Origin: an uncultured Dehalococcoidia bacterium
Lineage (GTDB): Bacteria; Chloroflexota; Dehalococcoidia; Lucifugimonadales; UBA3495
Length of the DNA: 64,000 nt
Assembly (NCBI GenBank): GCA_950072105.1
Contig: CATMOE010000004.1
Span: forward strand, 32,454 to 96,453
Direction: 5' to 3'
In this document: piece by piece, positions 48,690-58,578 of the stretch
Numbering within the stretch: position 1 is the stretch's first letter
Layout: each line of letters starts with the position of its first letter
Program-made: the position numbers and the translations under genes
Notes under the pieces: generated by a model
What the model saw: only the letters and a program-made list of their open reading frames with translations
Databases searched by the model: none
What the model was told of the DNA's origin: nothing

Positions 48690-49511
48690 TTGATTAGTCA
48701 AAGTGGCCCGTCGCTTTCTGAAGCCCTGACTCGGTTTATCGCCTCCAAGAAGGGCGGTAAGAAGGCCCAGGATGGGCATCAAGAGCTCGGCCGCTTTGTG
48801 GCCTGGTGTGGACGGCAAAGAAAAGTAAACGACGTTTCGCCGGCTGAGGTTGCTGAATACGCCCAGCACATCGGTCTGGGAGGCGTCGATGCGGCGCTTA
48901 GGCTTAATCCATTAAAACCCTTCCTAGCCTATCTCAAAGATGAAGGTTGGATCGTCAATGGATTGGCGGCCCACCTAAGGGTCCCTAGGACGCGAAAAAC
49001 CACCGGAGGCCGCTCGTCTTCGTCCGGAGCGTATGGGGATGATGATGCTACCCATTTGAGCCAAGAAGGATATGATCGCCTGGTGGCCCAAGTTGCGGTG
49101 CTCAAAGGGGAGCGGGTCAGCATCGTGGAAGATATCCGGCGGGCGATGGAGGACAAGGATTTTCGCGAGAACGCCCCATTGGAAGCGGCCAAGGAACGCC
49201 AGGGCATCATTGAGTCCAAGATCCGGGAGCTAGAAGCCGGCCTGGTCAGCGCTGTTGTCATGCAGACGGGGCGCCGAACCGCTCAGCAGAAGGCTGTTGT
49301 GGGCGCCAAGTTGACTCTGAAGGACATGGATTCAGGTAAGAAGGTGGTTTACACGCTGGTAGACGTTCGGGAAGCCGATGCTTCCTCCGGGAAAATATCC
49401 ACAGTCTCGCCCGTCGGTTCTGCATTGATGAGCCGCAGTGTTGGCGAAGAGATTGCGATCAACGTTCCTAAAGGCACATTGAAGTACACCATCGAAAAGA
49501 TTAGCACGTAG
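48690..49511 (+). CDS. greA: Transcription elongation factor GreA with an N-terminal integrase core-binding (SAM-like) domain
   Basis: LSQEGYDRL, AMEDKDFRENAPLEAAKERQG, YTLV..READ...GKIS..SPVGSALM, VP.G..Y.I.KI; ~105-aa helical N-terminal extension; GGAGG RBS. Confidence 0.9.
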   Translation: MISQSGPSLSEALTRFIASKKGGKKAQDGHQELGRFVAWCGRQRKVNDVSPAEVAEYAQHIGLGGVDAALRLNPLKPFLAYLKDEGWIVNGLAAHLRVPRTRKTTGGRSSSSGAYGDDDATHLSQEGYDRLVAQVAVLKGERVSIVEDIRRAMEDKDFRENAPLEAAKERQGIIESKIRELEAGLVSAVVMQTGRRTAQQKAVVGAKLTLKDMDSGKKVVYTLVDVREADASSGKISTVSPVGSALMSRSVGEEIAINVPKGTLKYTIEKIST

Positions 49512-49550
49512 CATACTGCCTTATTTAAAGCCGCGTTTTAAGATTGAAAT

Positions 49551-49587
49551 AAAAAGAGGCCCGGACTTCCGGGCCTCTTTTCTTTTT
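49551..49587. terminator. Bidirectional intrinsic terminator
   Basis: aaaaagaggcccgga-ct-tccgggcctcttttcttttt between convergent greA and peroxiredoxin genes. Confidence 0.85.
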
Positions 49588-49592
49588 GATCT

Positions 49593-50057
49593 CTAGCCTA
49601 GTTTGTCTATTTCCGCCAAGATATCCAACGGGTCTGGTAGCACGCCGGGAACGTAGGTCTGGCGGTACCGGATGATCCCGTCTTTGTCCACCACGATCAC
49701 CGCCCTGGTGCTGGCGCCTCGCTCTTCGTTCCATAGATCGAAGGCGATCGTGGCTTTACCCTTGGGATGGAAATCCGATAGCTCGGGGTAAGGCAATCCT
49801 CCCAAAGAGGTTGACCATGCGCGGTGAGCCGCTACTGTGTCGCAACTTATGCCCAGAACCTGAGCATTTTTCTCCTCAAACCGGCTGTGATGTTGCCGGA
49901 AGAGGGTGGCTTGCGTGGTTCAACCAGATGTGAAGTCGAACACGTGGAAAGAGAGGACCACGTGCTTTTGACCCTTGTAGCTGCTTAGGGTGATGTCTCC
50001 TTCACTCACCGAAGGAAGGGTAAAATCAGGGGCTGGGTCGCCAACTTGTGCGGGCAT
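49593..50057 (-). CDS. Peroxiredoxin (AhpC/TSA, AhpE/BCP-like) with in-frame UGA; probable selenoprotein
   Basis: MPAQVGDPAPDFTL...VVLSFHVFDFTSG-UGA(49920-49922)-TTQ...NAQVLGISCD...HRAW...YPELSDF...RAVIVVDKDGIIRY in a single frame. Confidence 0.88.
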
Positions 50058-50241
50058 ATCCTTACCTTTCTGTTTAGATTTTGCAGACTCGTGCCCGTGG
50101 CCGGACACTGGGAGATTATACCTTAGATTTGAACGTTGTACGACCACGTAACAGCTTGACATAACTTCCTCTGAAAACGGGCATGAACGCTGTCATATTC
50201 GGGCGTCGTACGGTGGTATACTAGCCGGGATTTCAACCACT

Positions 50242-51339
50242 TTGCGGGCTGTGAGCCCCCGTACACCAAGTCATCTACCTGTCTTGCCCCACCACGTCAA
50301 CCGGTTCCGTAGCCGGGTAAGCAGCGCCCGAGTCCTGAGCAGATTGCAAGTAGTTTTTGAACGCGGCGTGTATCTCCCTGAGATAGACCTGTGGCTGGAT
50401 TCCCTTAGAAAGAAGGACACCAGTCTGATTTCTCACGCCCACTCCGACCACACCGCTCGCCACCTTCGTCCCGTTCTGACGCCGAATACCCTGCTCCTCT
50501 TAGCCGATTACCTAAAAAAATCGGACCCGATTCCCCTCTCATACCACGAGCCCCTGGATTGCGGTAAATACACTCTTACGCTGTATCCTGCGGGTCATTG
50601 CCTGGGGTCGGCTCAATCGTTGATCGAGTCCAAGAGCACCGGGGAACGAGTGTTGTACACCGGCGACATAAAGGTGAAACCCAGTCCTACCAACGAGCCC
50701 CTGGAGGCGGTACCCTGCGACACCCTGATCTTGGAAGCAACCTACGGCCGCCCCAAGTATGTTTTCCCGGATCAGGACCAGGTATTGTCCACCGCTTGCA
50801 ATACCTTGCGAAACTGGTTATCTCAGGGGCGTAAACCCGTAGTCCAGGGCTGGCGATTGGGCAAATCTCAAGAGGTGATGCATCACTTGTTGAGTCAGGG
50901 TTTCGATATGGTGGTGGATGAAGGGGTTTATCAGGTTGCCCAGGTTTATCAACAGGCAGGGGTTAGCTTCCCCGGTGAATTACGCCTGTTCGACGGACAA
51001 TGGCCCGAGGGAGCCGTTTTGCTTTGTCCGCCGGGGCGTGGGATGACTAAGGCGGTAAACGGCTTCCGAGGCTTGAAGGTCATGGAGCTAACGGGGTGGG
51101 CCGTGGATGGAAGCCGGGGCTGGGGCCGCCGTGGCGACGCCAGCTTGCCTTTCAGCGACCATCCGGATTTCAATGAACTGGTTGAATACGTCCGTCGGGT
51201 CGACCCCAAAGAGGTGTACACGGTTAACGGCTTTCCCGAGCTGGCGGCCCACCTAAGGGGTCTGGGGTATCCGGCGGTGCACCTGGACGGGCGGCGGGGC
51301 GAGGTACAGGACACAGGGTTTCAGATGAAGATGATGTAG
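50242..51339 (+). CDS. MBL-fold beta-CASP exonuclease (ligase-associated DNA damage/RNA processing type)
   Basis: ISHAHSDH, PAGHCLGS, LYTGD, LILEATYG.P.Y.FP, LGKSQE, TGW, FSDHPDF.EL. The true start is probably downstream (~50344). Confidence 0.88.
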   Translation: MRAVSPRTPSHLPVLPHHVNRFRSRVSSARVLSRLQVVFERGVYLPEIDLWLDSLRKKDTSLISHAHSDHTARHLRPVLTPNTLLLLADYLKKSDPIPLSYHEPLDCGKYTLTLYPAGHCLGSAQSLIESKSTGERVLYTGDIKVKPSPTNEPLEAVPCDTLILEATYGRPKYVFPDQDQVLSTACNTLRNWLSQGRKPVVQGWRLGKSQEVMHHLLSQGFDMVVDEGVYQVAQVYQQAGVSFPGELRLFDGQWPEGAVLLCPPGRGMTKAVNGFRGLKVMELTGWAVDGSRGWGRRGDASLPFSDHPDFNELVEYVRRVDPKEVYTVNGFPELAAHLRGLGYPAVHLDGRRGEVQDTGFQMKMM

Positions 51340-51402
51340 GAGATCCCCCCAACTTTCTTTACGAAAGGGGGCTATTCAGGAGTCGAAGAGGAATCGTCAA
51401 AA

Positions 51403-51435
51403 GCGTAGGGGCGCGTTTCAAACCCGCCCCTACGC
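51403..51435. repeat. GTAG-type REP palindrome
   Basis: gcgtaggggcgcgtttcaaacccgcccctacgc; matches 3821-3853. Confidence 0.8.
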
Positions 51436-51672
51436 GCGTGAACGACTTTGCGTTGGTTGGCATAATCTGGGGGGCGCCAACGCCCAGCATGCGGTTGACC
51501 GCGCTCAGATAGGCCTTGTCCCTCGCCGATCCGAGTCCGTACCTTCAGCCTTGGATAGCACTTTCCGCCTACAGGGTCATAGCGGGTATCCCGGCGGCTG
51601 CGAGGGAAATACAAAAAAGACAGACTCCCAGCCTATTAATTAATAGGAAGATATATGCCTATACTGAATGCT

Positions 51673-52029
51673 ATGAGAAGAAAAGCAGGGTCTCTCATTC
51701 CGATTGAGATCTTGATCCTGGAGGCTGGCGCTGCGCTTAAGACTCGCAGCGATCCAAGCTTTTACGGCTTCATGATCGCCAAAGAAATTAAAGAACGTGA
51801 AGGAGCGCGCCTGCTTACCGCTCACGGAACGCTTTATAAAGCTCTGGGGAGGATGGAAAAGGCGGGCTTGCTGGAGAGCACTTGGGAAGACCCGCTTATC
51901 GCTGCGGAAGAGAGCCGGCCTCGCCGACGTTCTTACAATCTGACTTCCGCAGGTGACCTAGCCCTGGCAAAAGTGAAAGCTGAGGCCAAGCGATTTCCGG
52001 CCATTGGGAAAGGACTTTTGACGGCATGA
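51673..52029 (+). CDS. PadR-family transcriptional regulator
   Basis: YGF.IAKEI, GTLYKALGRMEKAGLLESTWE, RPRRRSYNLTSAG. Confidence 0.92.
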   Translation: MRRKAGSLIPIEILILEAGAALKTRSDPSFYGFMIAKEIKEREGARLLTAHGTLYKALGRMEKAGLLESTWEDPLIAAEESRPRRRSYNLTSAGDLALAKVKAEAKRFPAIGKGLLTA

Positions 52030-52634
52030 GATGTTCATCTTCAAGAATGGCGGCGTGGCTCGTTCGGAAATGGGTGAATTTGTACACCATTGGCCTGCCT
52101 ATAGACGTCAAGAAATTTAGGGGAGAAGAGATCGCCTCCGACCTCTGGGAGCAGGCTCAAGATGCATCCGGATCAGTGAGCGGGAGGCGATCTCTTCGGG
52201 TGCACATACTTGGCCGTTTGCTGTTCGGCATACCCGACGACCTATTCTGGCGCATGGAACACTCGAAGACGACCGGAGGGAGCATCGCGATGAATCGGGC
52301 AAGATATTTAACGTATCCTAGGACTTATATCAATCTCATCGTATTGTTGGTCGGCATGGTAGTTCTCTTCCCTATCGGCGTCGGCGGATTCGTCACCGCC
52401 ATCGTGGCAGCCGTAGTCCCGCCAGTCTTGCTTGCAACTGTTTTCATGTACAAATGGACAACAGTGGCTATCGGCCCGATCCCCATAGACACATTTCCTG
52501 AGGCGCTCGTTGTCTCACTCCTCGGTCTTGTGTTACTCCTGATCGAGTTATTTGTAGCCAACGCGATTGTCTCGATACTGCGGCGCCATGTTTCAGTGCG
52601 GATCGCCCGCTTCCATTTTGGACAAGACGCCTAG
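52026..52634 (+). CDS. PadR-associated membrane protein
   Basis: ATGA overlap with padR; WV.LYT.GLP....R.EEIASDLWEQ...G.PDDL.WR N-terminus, then 3-4 TM helices. Confidence 0.75.
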   Translation: MRCSSSRMAAWLVRKWVNLYTIGLPIDVKKFRGEEIASDLWEQAQDASGSVSGRRSLRVHILGRLLFGIPDDLFWRMEHSKTTGGSIAMNRARYLTYPRTYINLIVLLVGMVVLFPIGVGGFVTAIVAAVVPPVLLATVFMYKWTTVAIGPIPIDTFPEALVVSLLGLVLLLIELFVANAIVSILRRHVSVRIARFHFGQDA

Positions 52635-52750
52635 AGAAACACCCGATCTGCAATTACATCCAAGTGCATTGTCCCGCACCCCGGTCATCCACGCCTATCC
52701 GGATGACTTATGGATCTGCCCCGCAAACGGCACTTGACGAGGGCAAAAAC

Positions 52751-52786
52751 AATAGGGGCGACCCGATCGCTCGAGTCGCCCCTATT
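52751..52786. repeat. REP-like hairpin / terminator downstream of leuA
   Basis: aataggggcgac...gtcgcccctatt. Confidence 0.6.
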
Positions 52787-52813
52787 CTGCATCTGATGTG
52801 CCCTGGTGAGGAC

Positions 52814-54379
52814 TTAATCCGGGGTGGTGCCCACGGCCGGGATGCTTGACTCTTCGTCGGCGGCCAGCATGCGGTTGACCGCGCTCAGATAGGCCTTTCC
52901 GCTGGCGACGATTATGTCGGTGTCGGCGCCCCGGCCCGTGTAGACCTTCCCGGCATTCTCGATCCGGATGGTGACGCTGCCGATGGAGTCCATGCCCTCG
53001 GTAACCGCTTGAACCTTGAAGTCCACCAGTTCGCATTCGCAGCCGATCACCCGGTCGATGGCATTGCAGACAGCGTCCACCGGGCCGTTGCCGGTGGATG
53101 CGTCGGTGACCGATTTCTGGTCCGGTCCGATGAGCCGGACGGTGGCGGTGGCGATGTCTTGATCGCCTCCGGAGAACTGCACGTGGTCCAGGGTGTAGCT
53201 GATCGGCTCGGTAGCCGTCCGATTCTCCTCGTCCATGAGGATCTCCAGGTCGCGGTCGGTGACCTCCCGTTTCTTGTCGGCCAGCTCTTTAAAGGACTCG
53301 AATACCTTGGCCATTTCCTCTCTGGACAGGGCGTAGCCCAAATCTTCCAACCGGGACTGGAGACCCGCGCGGCCACTGAGCTTGCCCAATACCAGGGTAT
53401 TGCCGGGGACGCCCACCCGCTCGGGCTGCATCACTTCGTAAGTGGAGCGGTTCTTTATCACACCGTCCTGGTGGATACCCGAGGCATGCCGGAAGGCGTT
53501 TTCCCCAACGATGGCCTTGTTGGCCTGAACGGCCATGCCGGTGATGCGGCTGACCATGCGGCTGGCCCCGTATATCTGGGTGGTGTCGGCGTTGATCTCT
53601 ACCCCGAAGTGGTCCTTCCGGGTGTCCAACCCCATGATTATCTCTTCCAATGATGCGTTGCCGGCCCGTTCGCCGATGCCGTTGATGCAGCCCTCAACCT
53701 GGCGGGCGCCGAACTCGACGGCAATGAGGCTGTTGGCCACGGCCAGTCCCAGGTCGTTGTGGCAATGGACGCTTAGCACGACGTTTTCGATACCTTGGAC
53801 ATTGGCCTGAACGTCCTTCAGCAGTTGACCGAATCCAGCGGACGAGGGGATGGCGTAGCCCACTGTGTCGGCGATGTTGATGGTTGTGGCCCCGGCCTTA
53901 ATCACCTCAGACAACATCTGGAACAAGTATTCTGGGTTGGTCCGGGTGGCGTCCATGGGGGAGAACTCGACATCGTCGCAGTAGCCCTTGGCTCGCTCAA
54001 CCATGGTCACCGCCATCTCCATGACCTCTTCCCGGTTCTTGCGCAGTTGGTGCATCTGATGGATCTCCGAGGAAGAGAGGAACACGTGGATGCGGGGGCG
54101 CTCGGAGTGCTCCACGGACCGCCAGGCTTGGTCCACGTCGTTGGCCACGGCCCGGGCCAGGGAGGCGATGATGGGTCCCTTGATCTCTTTGGCGATGTTG
54201 GACACCGCCTCAAAGTCACCAGGTGAACTGGCGGCGAAACCCGCTTCGATAATATCCACATTCATCCGCTGCAGTTGGCGGGCGATCTCCATCTTCTCTT
54301 GACCCGTCATGCCGATGCCGGCCGACTGCTCTCCGTCGCGGAGGGTAGTGTCCAATAGCAACACTTTTTCCATAGCCAT
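52814..54379 (-). CDS. leuA: 2-isopropylmalate synthase
   Basis: DTTLRDGEQS, HCHNDLGLAVANS, NGIGERAGNA, NKAIVGENAF.H.SGIHQDG, LGKLSGR, GNGPVDA. Confidence 0.96.
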   Translation of the reverse strand: MAMEKVLLLDTTLRDGEQSAGIGMTGQEKMEIARQLQRMNVDIIEAGFAASSPGDFEAVSNIAKEIKGPIIASLARAVANDVDQAWRSVEHSERPRIHVFLSSSEIHQMHQLRKNREEVMEMAVTMVERAKGYCDDVEFSPMDATRTNPEYLFQMLSEVIKAGATTINIADTVGYAIPSSAGFGQLLKDVQANVQGIENVVLSVHCHNDLGLAVANSLIAVEFGARQVEGCINGIGERAGNASLEEIIMGLDTRKDHFGVEINADTTQIYGASRMVSRITGMAVQANKAIVGENAFRHASGIHQDGVIKNRSTYEVMQPERVGVPGNTLVLGKLSGRAGLQSRLEDLGYALSREEMAKVFESFKELADKKREVTDRDLEILMDEENRTATEPISYTLDHVQFSGGDQDIATATVRLIGPDQKSVTDASTGNGPVDAVCNAIDRVIGCECELVDFKVQAVTEGMDSIGSVTIRIENAGKVYTGRGADTDIIVASGKAYLSAVNRMLAADEESSIPAVGTTPD

Positions 54380-54610
54380 ATCTGTTACCTAATCCCTTTC
54401 TGTGTTGTAGATTTGAGTGTACTTTTGCCGCTAACTGCGGCGCTCAGAAAGGGTCCGCAGGGGCATGTAGTCCACCGCCGCCAGCCCTGCTAGGACCAGC
54501 GGGCGATGGTGGACTACACTCAACGCCTCCAGATTCCTCATTTTAGAATCCCCCGTCACAGATTGTTCCGATTGAGGCCGTGGACCGGCCGGGGTCCAAG
54601 TAAGATTTGT

Positions 54611-55612
54611 CTAGATCACTTTGGGGTCCATCCAGGGCATCATGGCCCGCAGTTCCTTGCCGATCTCCTCGATCTGGCTGTGCTGGGCCTGCTCCCTGAG
54701 GGGAGTGAACCGCGGGCGTCCTTCGTCGTTTTCGGCGATCCATTCGCGGGCGAAAGTGCCGTCTTGAATCTCTTTCAAGACCGCCCGCATGTTCTCTCTC
54801 ACATGCTCGTCGATGATCCGCGGGCCCCGGGTTAGGTCGCCGTACTCGGCCGTGTCGCTCACTGAGTAGCGCATGTAGTTGAACCCGCCTTGGTACATAA
54901 GGTCGACGATCATCTTAAGCTCGTGCAAGCACTCGAAGAAGGCGATCTCCTGTGGATAACCGCCCTCAACCAGCGTGTCGAATGCTGCCTTCACCAGGGC
55001 GGTCACGCCGCCGCAGAGGATGGTCTGCTCACCGAACAGGTCGCTTTCCGTCTCGTCCTTGATGGTGGTCATCAGTACGCCCGACCCGGTGCTGCCGACT
55101 CCCTTGGCGTAGGCCAGTCCGATCTCTTTGGCGTGGCCGGTGGCATCTTGGTGCACTGCCAACAGGCTGGGCACTCCGACACCTTCGGTGAACAACTCGC
55201 GCATGCGGTGTCCGGGGGCTTTGGGGGCCACCATCATCACGTCGATGGTGTCAGGTATTACGATTTCCTTGTAATGGATGCTGAAACCGTGGGCGACCAT
55301 GAAGGCGCTTCCCGGCCTCAGATTGGGCTCGATCTGCTCCCGGTAGACCCGGCCCTGAAGGTGATCGGGAATGACCATCATTAGCACGTCGGCCTCTTTT
55401 GCTGCCTCGGGAACGTCGGTCACCCGCAGCCCAGCGGCTTCGGCCACGGCCCGGCTCTTGCTTTCGGGATATAGGCCGACCACCACGTTCTGCCCGTTGT
55501 CCTTTAGGTTAAGGGCGTGGGCGTGACCCTGGCTGCCGTAGCCAATCATAGCAATGGTCTTGCCTTCTAGATGGGCCAGGTCCGCATCTTTGTCGTAATA
55601 AACTTCTACCAT
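54611..55612 (-). CDS. ilvC: Ketol-acid reductoisomerase
   Basis: [56 protein letters not shown]. Confidence 0.97.
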   Translation of the reverse strand: MVEVYYDKDADLAHLEGKTIAMIGYGSQGHAHALNLKDNGQNVVVGLYPESKSRAVAEAAGLRVTDVPEAAKEADVLMMVIPDHLQGRVYREQIEPNLRPGSAFMVAHGFSIHYKEIVIPDTIDVMMVAPKAPGHRMRELFTEGVGVPSLLAVHQDATGHAKEIGLAYAKGVGSTGSGVLMTTIKDETESDLFGEQTILCGGVTALVKAAFDTLVEGGYPQEIAFFECLHELKMIVDLMYQGGFNYMRYSVSDTAEYGDLTRGPRIIDEHVRENMRAVLKEIQDGTFAREWIAENDEGRPRFTPLREQAQHSQIEEIGKELRAMMPWMDPKVI

Positions 55613-55671
55613 CTTATTTTCTTCCTTTCCAACTTCCGTTTTAGTATTTGGCGCTGAGTTTGGATGGGAAA

Positions 55672-56232
55672 TCAGGAATGGCTACCTGAGTTCACCTGAC
55701 CGGCTTGCTCCGAGTGTCCGTTGGCCATCCCGTTAGTTTGCCCACGAACCATCGCCACTAGACCGGTCCGCAGCATCTCGATGACGCCGAAGGACGACAG
55801 CAGGTTGTGCAAGGCGTTAATCTTGTCCTCTTCTCCGGTGATTTCGATGACCATCGACTCGCTGCCGACATCGATGATGTTGGCTCGGAATAGGTTAACG
55901 ATCTGGATGATCTCACCACGGGTCATCTGGTTCGCCTTGACCTTAATCAGGGCCAACTCCCGGGTCACGGTGGACTCATTGGTGATGTCCGAAACCTCGA
56001 TGACGTCGATGAGTTTGTCCAGTTGCTTGGCTACTTGGCTCACGGTGTAGTCGTCGCCATTCACCACGAAAGTCATGCGGGACAGGCCCGGCTGTTCGCT
56101 ATTGCCCACGGCCAGGCTGGTGATGTTGAATCCTCGGCGGCGGAACATACTGGCTACCCTGGTCAGGACGCCCGGCTTATCTTCCACCAAGGCTATCAGA
56201 GTGTGTTGTTCGGTGTGATTTGACCGTACCAT
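55672..56232 (-). CDS. ilvN: Acetolactate synthase small (regulatory) subunit
   Basis: [45 protein letters not shown]. Confidence 0.95.
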   Translation of the reverse strand: MVRSNHTEQHTLIALVEDKPGVLTRVASMFRRRGFNITSLAVGNSEQPGLSRMTFVVNGDDYTVSQVAKQLDKLIDVIEVSDITNESTVTRELALIKVKANQMTRGEIIQIVNLFRANIIDVGSESMVIEITGEEDKINALHNLLSSFGVIEMLRTGLVAMVRGQTNGMANGHSEQAGQVNSGSHS

Positions 56233-56233
56233 T

Positions 56234-57928
56234 CTAGGTAATCTCTTCGAGTGTTGGTTCTTCCAGCATCTCTTTGACAGATTGGCCGGAGGGGATGAAT
56301 GGGTAGAGTCCCTCGTCTTCTTTCACCATGAAGTCGACGATGACCGGTCCGGCGGTTTCCATGGCCTGTTGCACCGCGTCCACCACCTGGTCCTTCCGGG
56401 TAACTCGAATGCCCCGGATGCCGTAGGCCTCGGCGATCTTCACGAAGTCGGGGTTGGCCGTATATTGGCTGGCGATGTATTCCTTGTCAAAGAAGAGTTC
56501 CTGCAACTGATGGACTAAGCCCAGGGAGTTGTTGTTTAAGATGGCGAATTTGACGTCGGCGTGGGCCTCAACGGCCGTAGCGATGTCGCACATCGTCATC
56601 TGGAAGCCGCCGTCGCCGGCGATGGACCAGACGGTGACGTCGGGCCGGCCCACCTGAGCGCCCAAGGCTGCGGGGACTTCGAATCCCATAGTGCCCAACC
56701 CGCCCGAAGTGATGAATGTGTTGGGCTCGGTGAACCGGCAATGTTGCGCGGCCCACATCTGGTGCATGCCCACGCCGGTGACCACGATACCCCGGCCCTG
56801 GGTGACCTCGGTCAACCGCTGGAGCACGTACTGGGGCAGGAGTTCATCGGACTCCCGGACTAGATGCGACGGATGCTGGGCCTTCAACTCGTTGATGTGC
56901 TGAAGCCAGTCGATGTGTACGTTGGCCTCCACTTTGGGCAGCAACTGTCCCAGGACCGCTTTCAGGTCGCCTACCATGCCCACGGTGGCCTTGATATTTT
57001 TGTCCACCTCCGAGGCGTCTATGTCCACGTGGATGAACTTGGCGTTAGGGGCGAATGCGGATATCCGGCCGGTCACCCGGTCGTCGAAACGCATGCCCAG
57101 GCCGATGATTAGGTCGGCTTCGTCGATGGCCAGGTTGGCGTAAGCCATGCCGTGCATGCCCGACATACCCAGGTTCAGTTCATGGCTGGAGGGTATAGCG
57201 CTGATTCCCAGGAGGGTGGTTATCACCGGGATCTGGGCCTTTTCGGCTAACTCGGTCATCAGCCCGTAAGCATGGGAGATGAGTACGCCGTGCCCCGACA
57301 TGATGATGGGCCGTTCGGCTTGGTTGATCAACTCAGCGGCGGCGGCGACTTGGGCCTCGGGTGCTTCCGTTGGAATCTTGTACCCAGGTAGTTTGGGCTC
57401 ACTGGGCCAAACAAACTCGGTTTTATCGCCCAGCAGAACGTCTCTGGGGATGTCTACCAAGACGGGCCCTGGCCGTCCGGTTCGGGCTATGTGGAAGGCG
57501 TCGTGGATGGCCTGCGCGACGTCTTTCACGTCCATGACCAGCATGTTGTGCTTGGTGATGGGCAAGGTTACTCCGGTTACGTCGGTCTCCTGGAAAGCGT
57601 CGCTGCCGATGGCGGGTCTGGGCACCTGCCCGGTGATGGCCACCATGGCGACCGAGTCCATCTGGGCGGCGGCGATGCCGGTCACTAGGTTTGTCGCGCC
57701 GGGTCCCGACGTCGCGATGCAGACGCCGACCTTGCCCGTGGCCCGGGCGTAGCCGTCGGCGGCCATGGCGGCGGCTTGTTCGTGGCGCACCAGGATATGG
57801 CGGATGGCCGGGTAGACGGAGAGGGCGCCATATAAGGGCAGCACCGCTCCGCCGGGTAGTCCGAAGACCACATCCGTGCCTTCTTTAAGGAGGCTTTCGC
57901 AAACTATTTCCGCGCCGGTTAGTTCCAT
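56234..57928 (-). CDS. ilvB: Acetolactate synthase large subunit (paralog 2, in ilvBNC-leuA operon)
   Basis: FGLPGGAVLP, RHEQ, TSGPGATN, FQETD, RFDDRVTG, GMHQMW, GDGGFQM, LGLVHQLQ. Confidence 0.95.
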   Translation of the reverse strand: MELTGAEIVCESLLKEGTDVVFGLPGGAVLPLYGALSVYPAIRHILVRHEQAAAMAADGYARATGKVGVCIATSGPGATNLVTGIAAAQMDSVAMVAITGQVPRPAIGSDAFQETDVTGVTLPITKHNMLVMDVKDVAQAIHDAFHIARTGRPGPVLVDIPRDVLLGDKTEFVWPSEPKLPGYKIPTEAPEAQVAAAAELINQAERPIIMSGHGVLISHAYGLMTELAEKAQIPVITTLLGISAIPSSHELNLGMSGMHGMAYANLAIDEADLIIGLGMRFDDRVTGRISAFAPNAKFIHVDIDASEVDKNIKATVGMVGDLKAVLGQLLPKVEANVHIDWLQHINELKAQHPSHLVRESDELLPQYVLQRLTEVTQGRGIVVTGVGMHQMWAAQHCRFTEPNTFITSGGLGTMGFEVPAALGAQVGRPDVTVWSIAGDGGFQMTMCDIATAVEAHADVKFAILNNNSLGLVHQLQELFFDKEYIASQYTANPDFVKIAEAYGIRGIRVTRKDQVVDAVQQAMETAGPVIVDFMVKEDEGLYPFIPSGQSVKEMLEEPTLEEIT

Positions 57929-58019
57929 CTTCTAGCGTCTAGTCCCCGTTTTAGTTGAATCAGATTCCGTGTCCACCACCCCGACTTTAGGTCCCCCATT
58001 TACGGTGGAGAGGACTAAT

Positions 58020-58058
58020 CCCTTCCCCCTCGACGGGGGAAGGTTAGGATGGGGGTGA
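58020..58058 (+). repeat. CCCC..GGGGGAAGGTTAGGATGGGGGTG repeat (insert-free form)
   Basis: cccttccccctcgacgggggaaggttaggatgggggtga. Confidence 0.75.
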
Positions 58059-58134
58059 TTCGCCGCCATCACTTTCAATTGGAATCTGTACCAGCCCCGA
58101 TTTATAGAGTTCAATGGACCCCAGTAAATTTTCC

Positions 58135-58420
58135 CAATAAAAAACCCATCCCCTGAAGGGACGGGCTGGAAATTCCCGCGGTACCACCCTTCTTTTCCGA
58201 AAGTTAGGCTTCAGACTTGCGCCGGATGCCGGTGAGCCACCTCTTGGTAACCCCAACCTCGGAACTGCTCTACGGCCTATAACGAGGCCAGACGCCGCGC
58301 CTTACTCTAGTTCAGGCGGGCCGCTCCAGGACGAGTTCAGAGCCCTTCTGCCGCCGGACTTTCACCTACCTCCGGCTCTCTGGGACAGGGCACCCCTACT
58401 ACTTCCTTTCGTCGCGGTTT
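58135..58420 (-). promoter_or_regulatory. T-box riboswitch, probable Leu (CUC) specifier
   Basis: T-box AGGGUGGUACCGCG (58177-58190), terminator plus U-run, stem I with AGUA, AGAGA and GGUGA motifs and GAA-CUC-G specifier (58333-58335); promoter TTGACA-17-TAGCAT at 58441-58469. Confidence 0.9.
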
Positions 58421-58578
58421 TCGTAAAATTATTACATGAAATGCTACCAGTCCACCACGGCCTTGTCAACTTGTCGGCCGCTCCATGGCCACTCTGAAGA
58501 CGCATCGTTTATGATAGAATACCAAAGCTGGAGCCCCCCTTGCTGTCCCGCTTAGACCGGGGAGAAAAAGGGGGGTTT

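Larger units (their letters stand above)
51484..52897. mobile_element. Putative genomic islet bounded by a 34-bp direct repeat of the leuA 3' end
   Basis: ccagcatgcggttgaccgcgctcagataggcctt at 51484-51517 and 52864-52897; encloses padR plus a membrane protein gene; no integrase. Confidence 0.5.

Noticed and set aside
24915-49511. Prophage suggested by excisionase-, primase- and integrase-like domains
   Set aside because: The domains are scattered among core genes as fusions, with no structural genes, full integrase or att sites.
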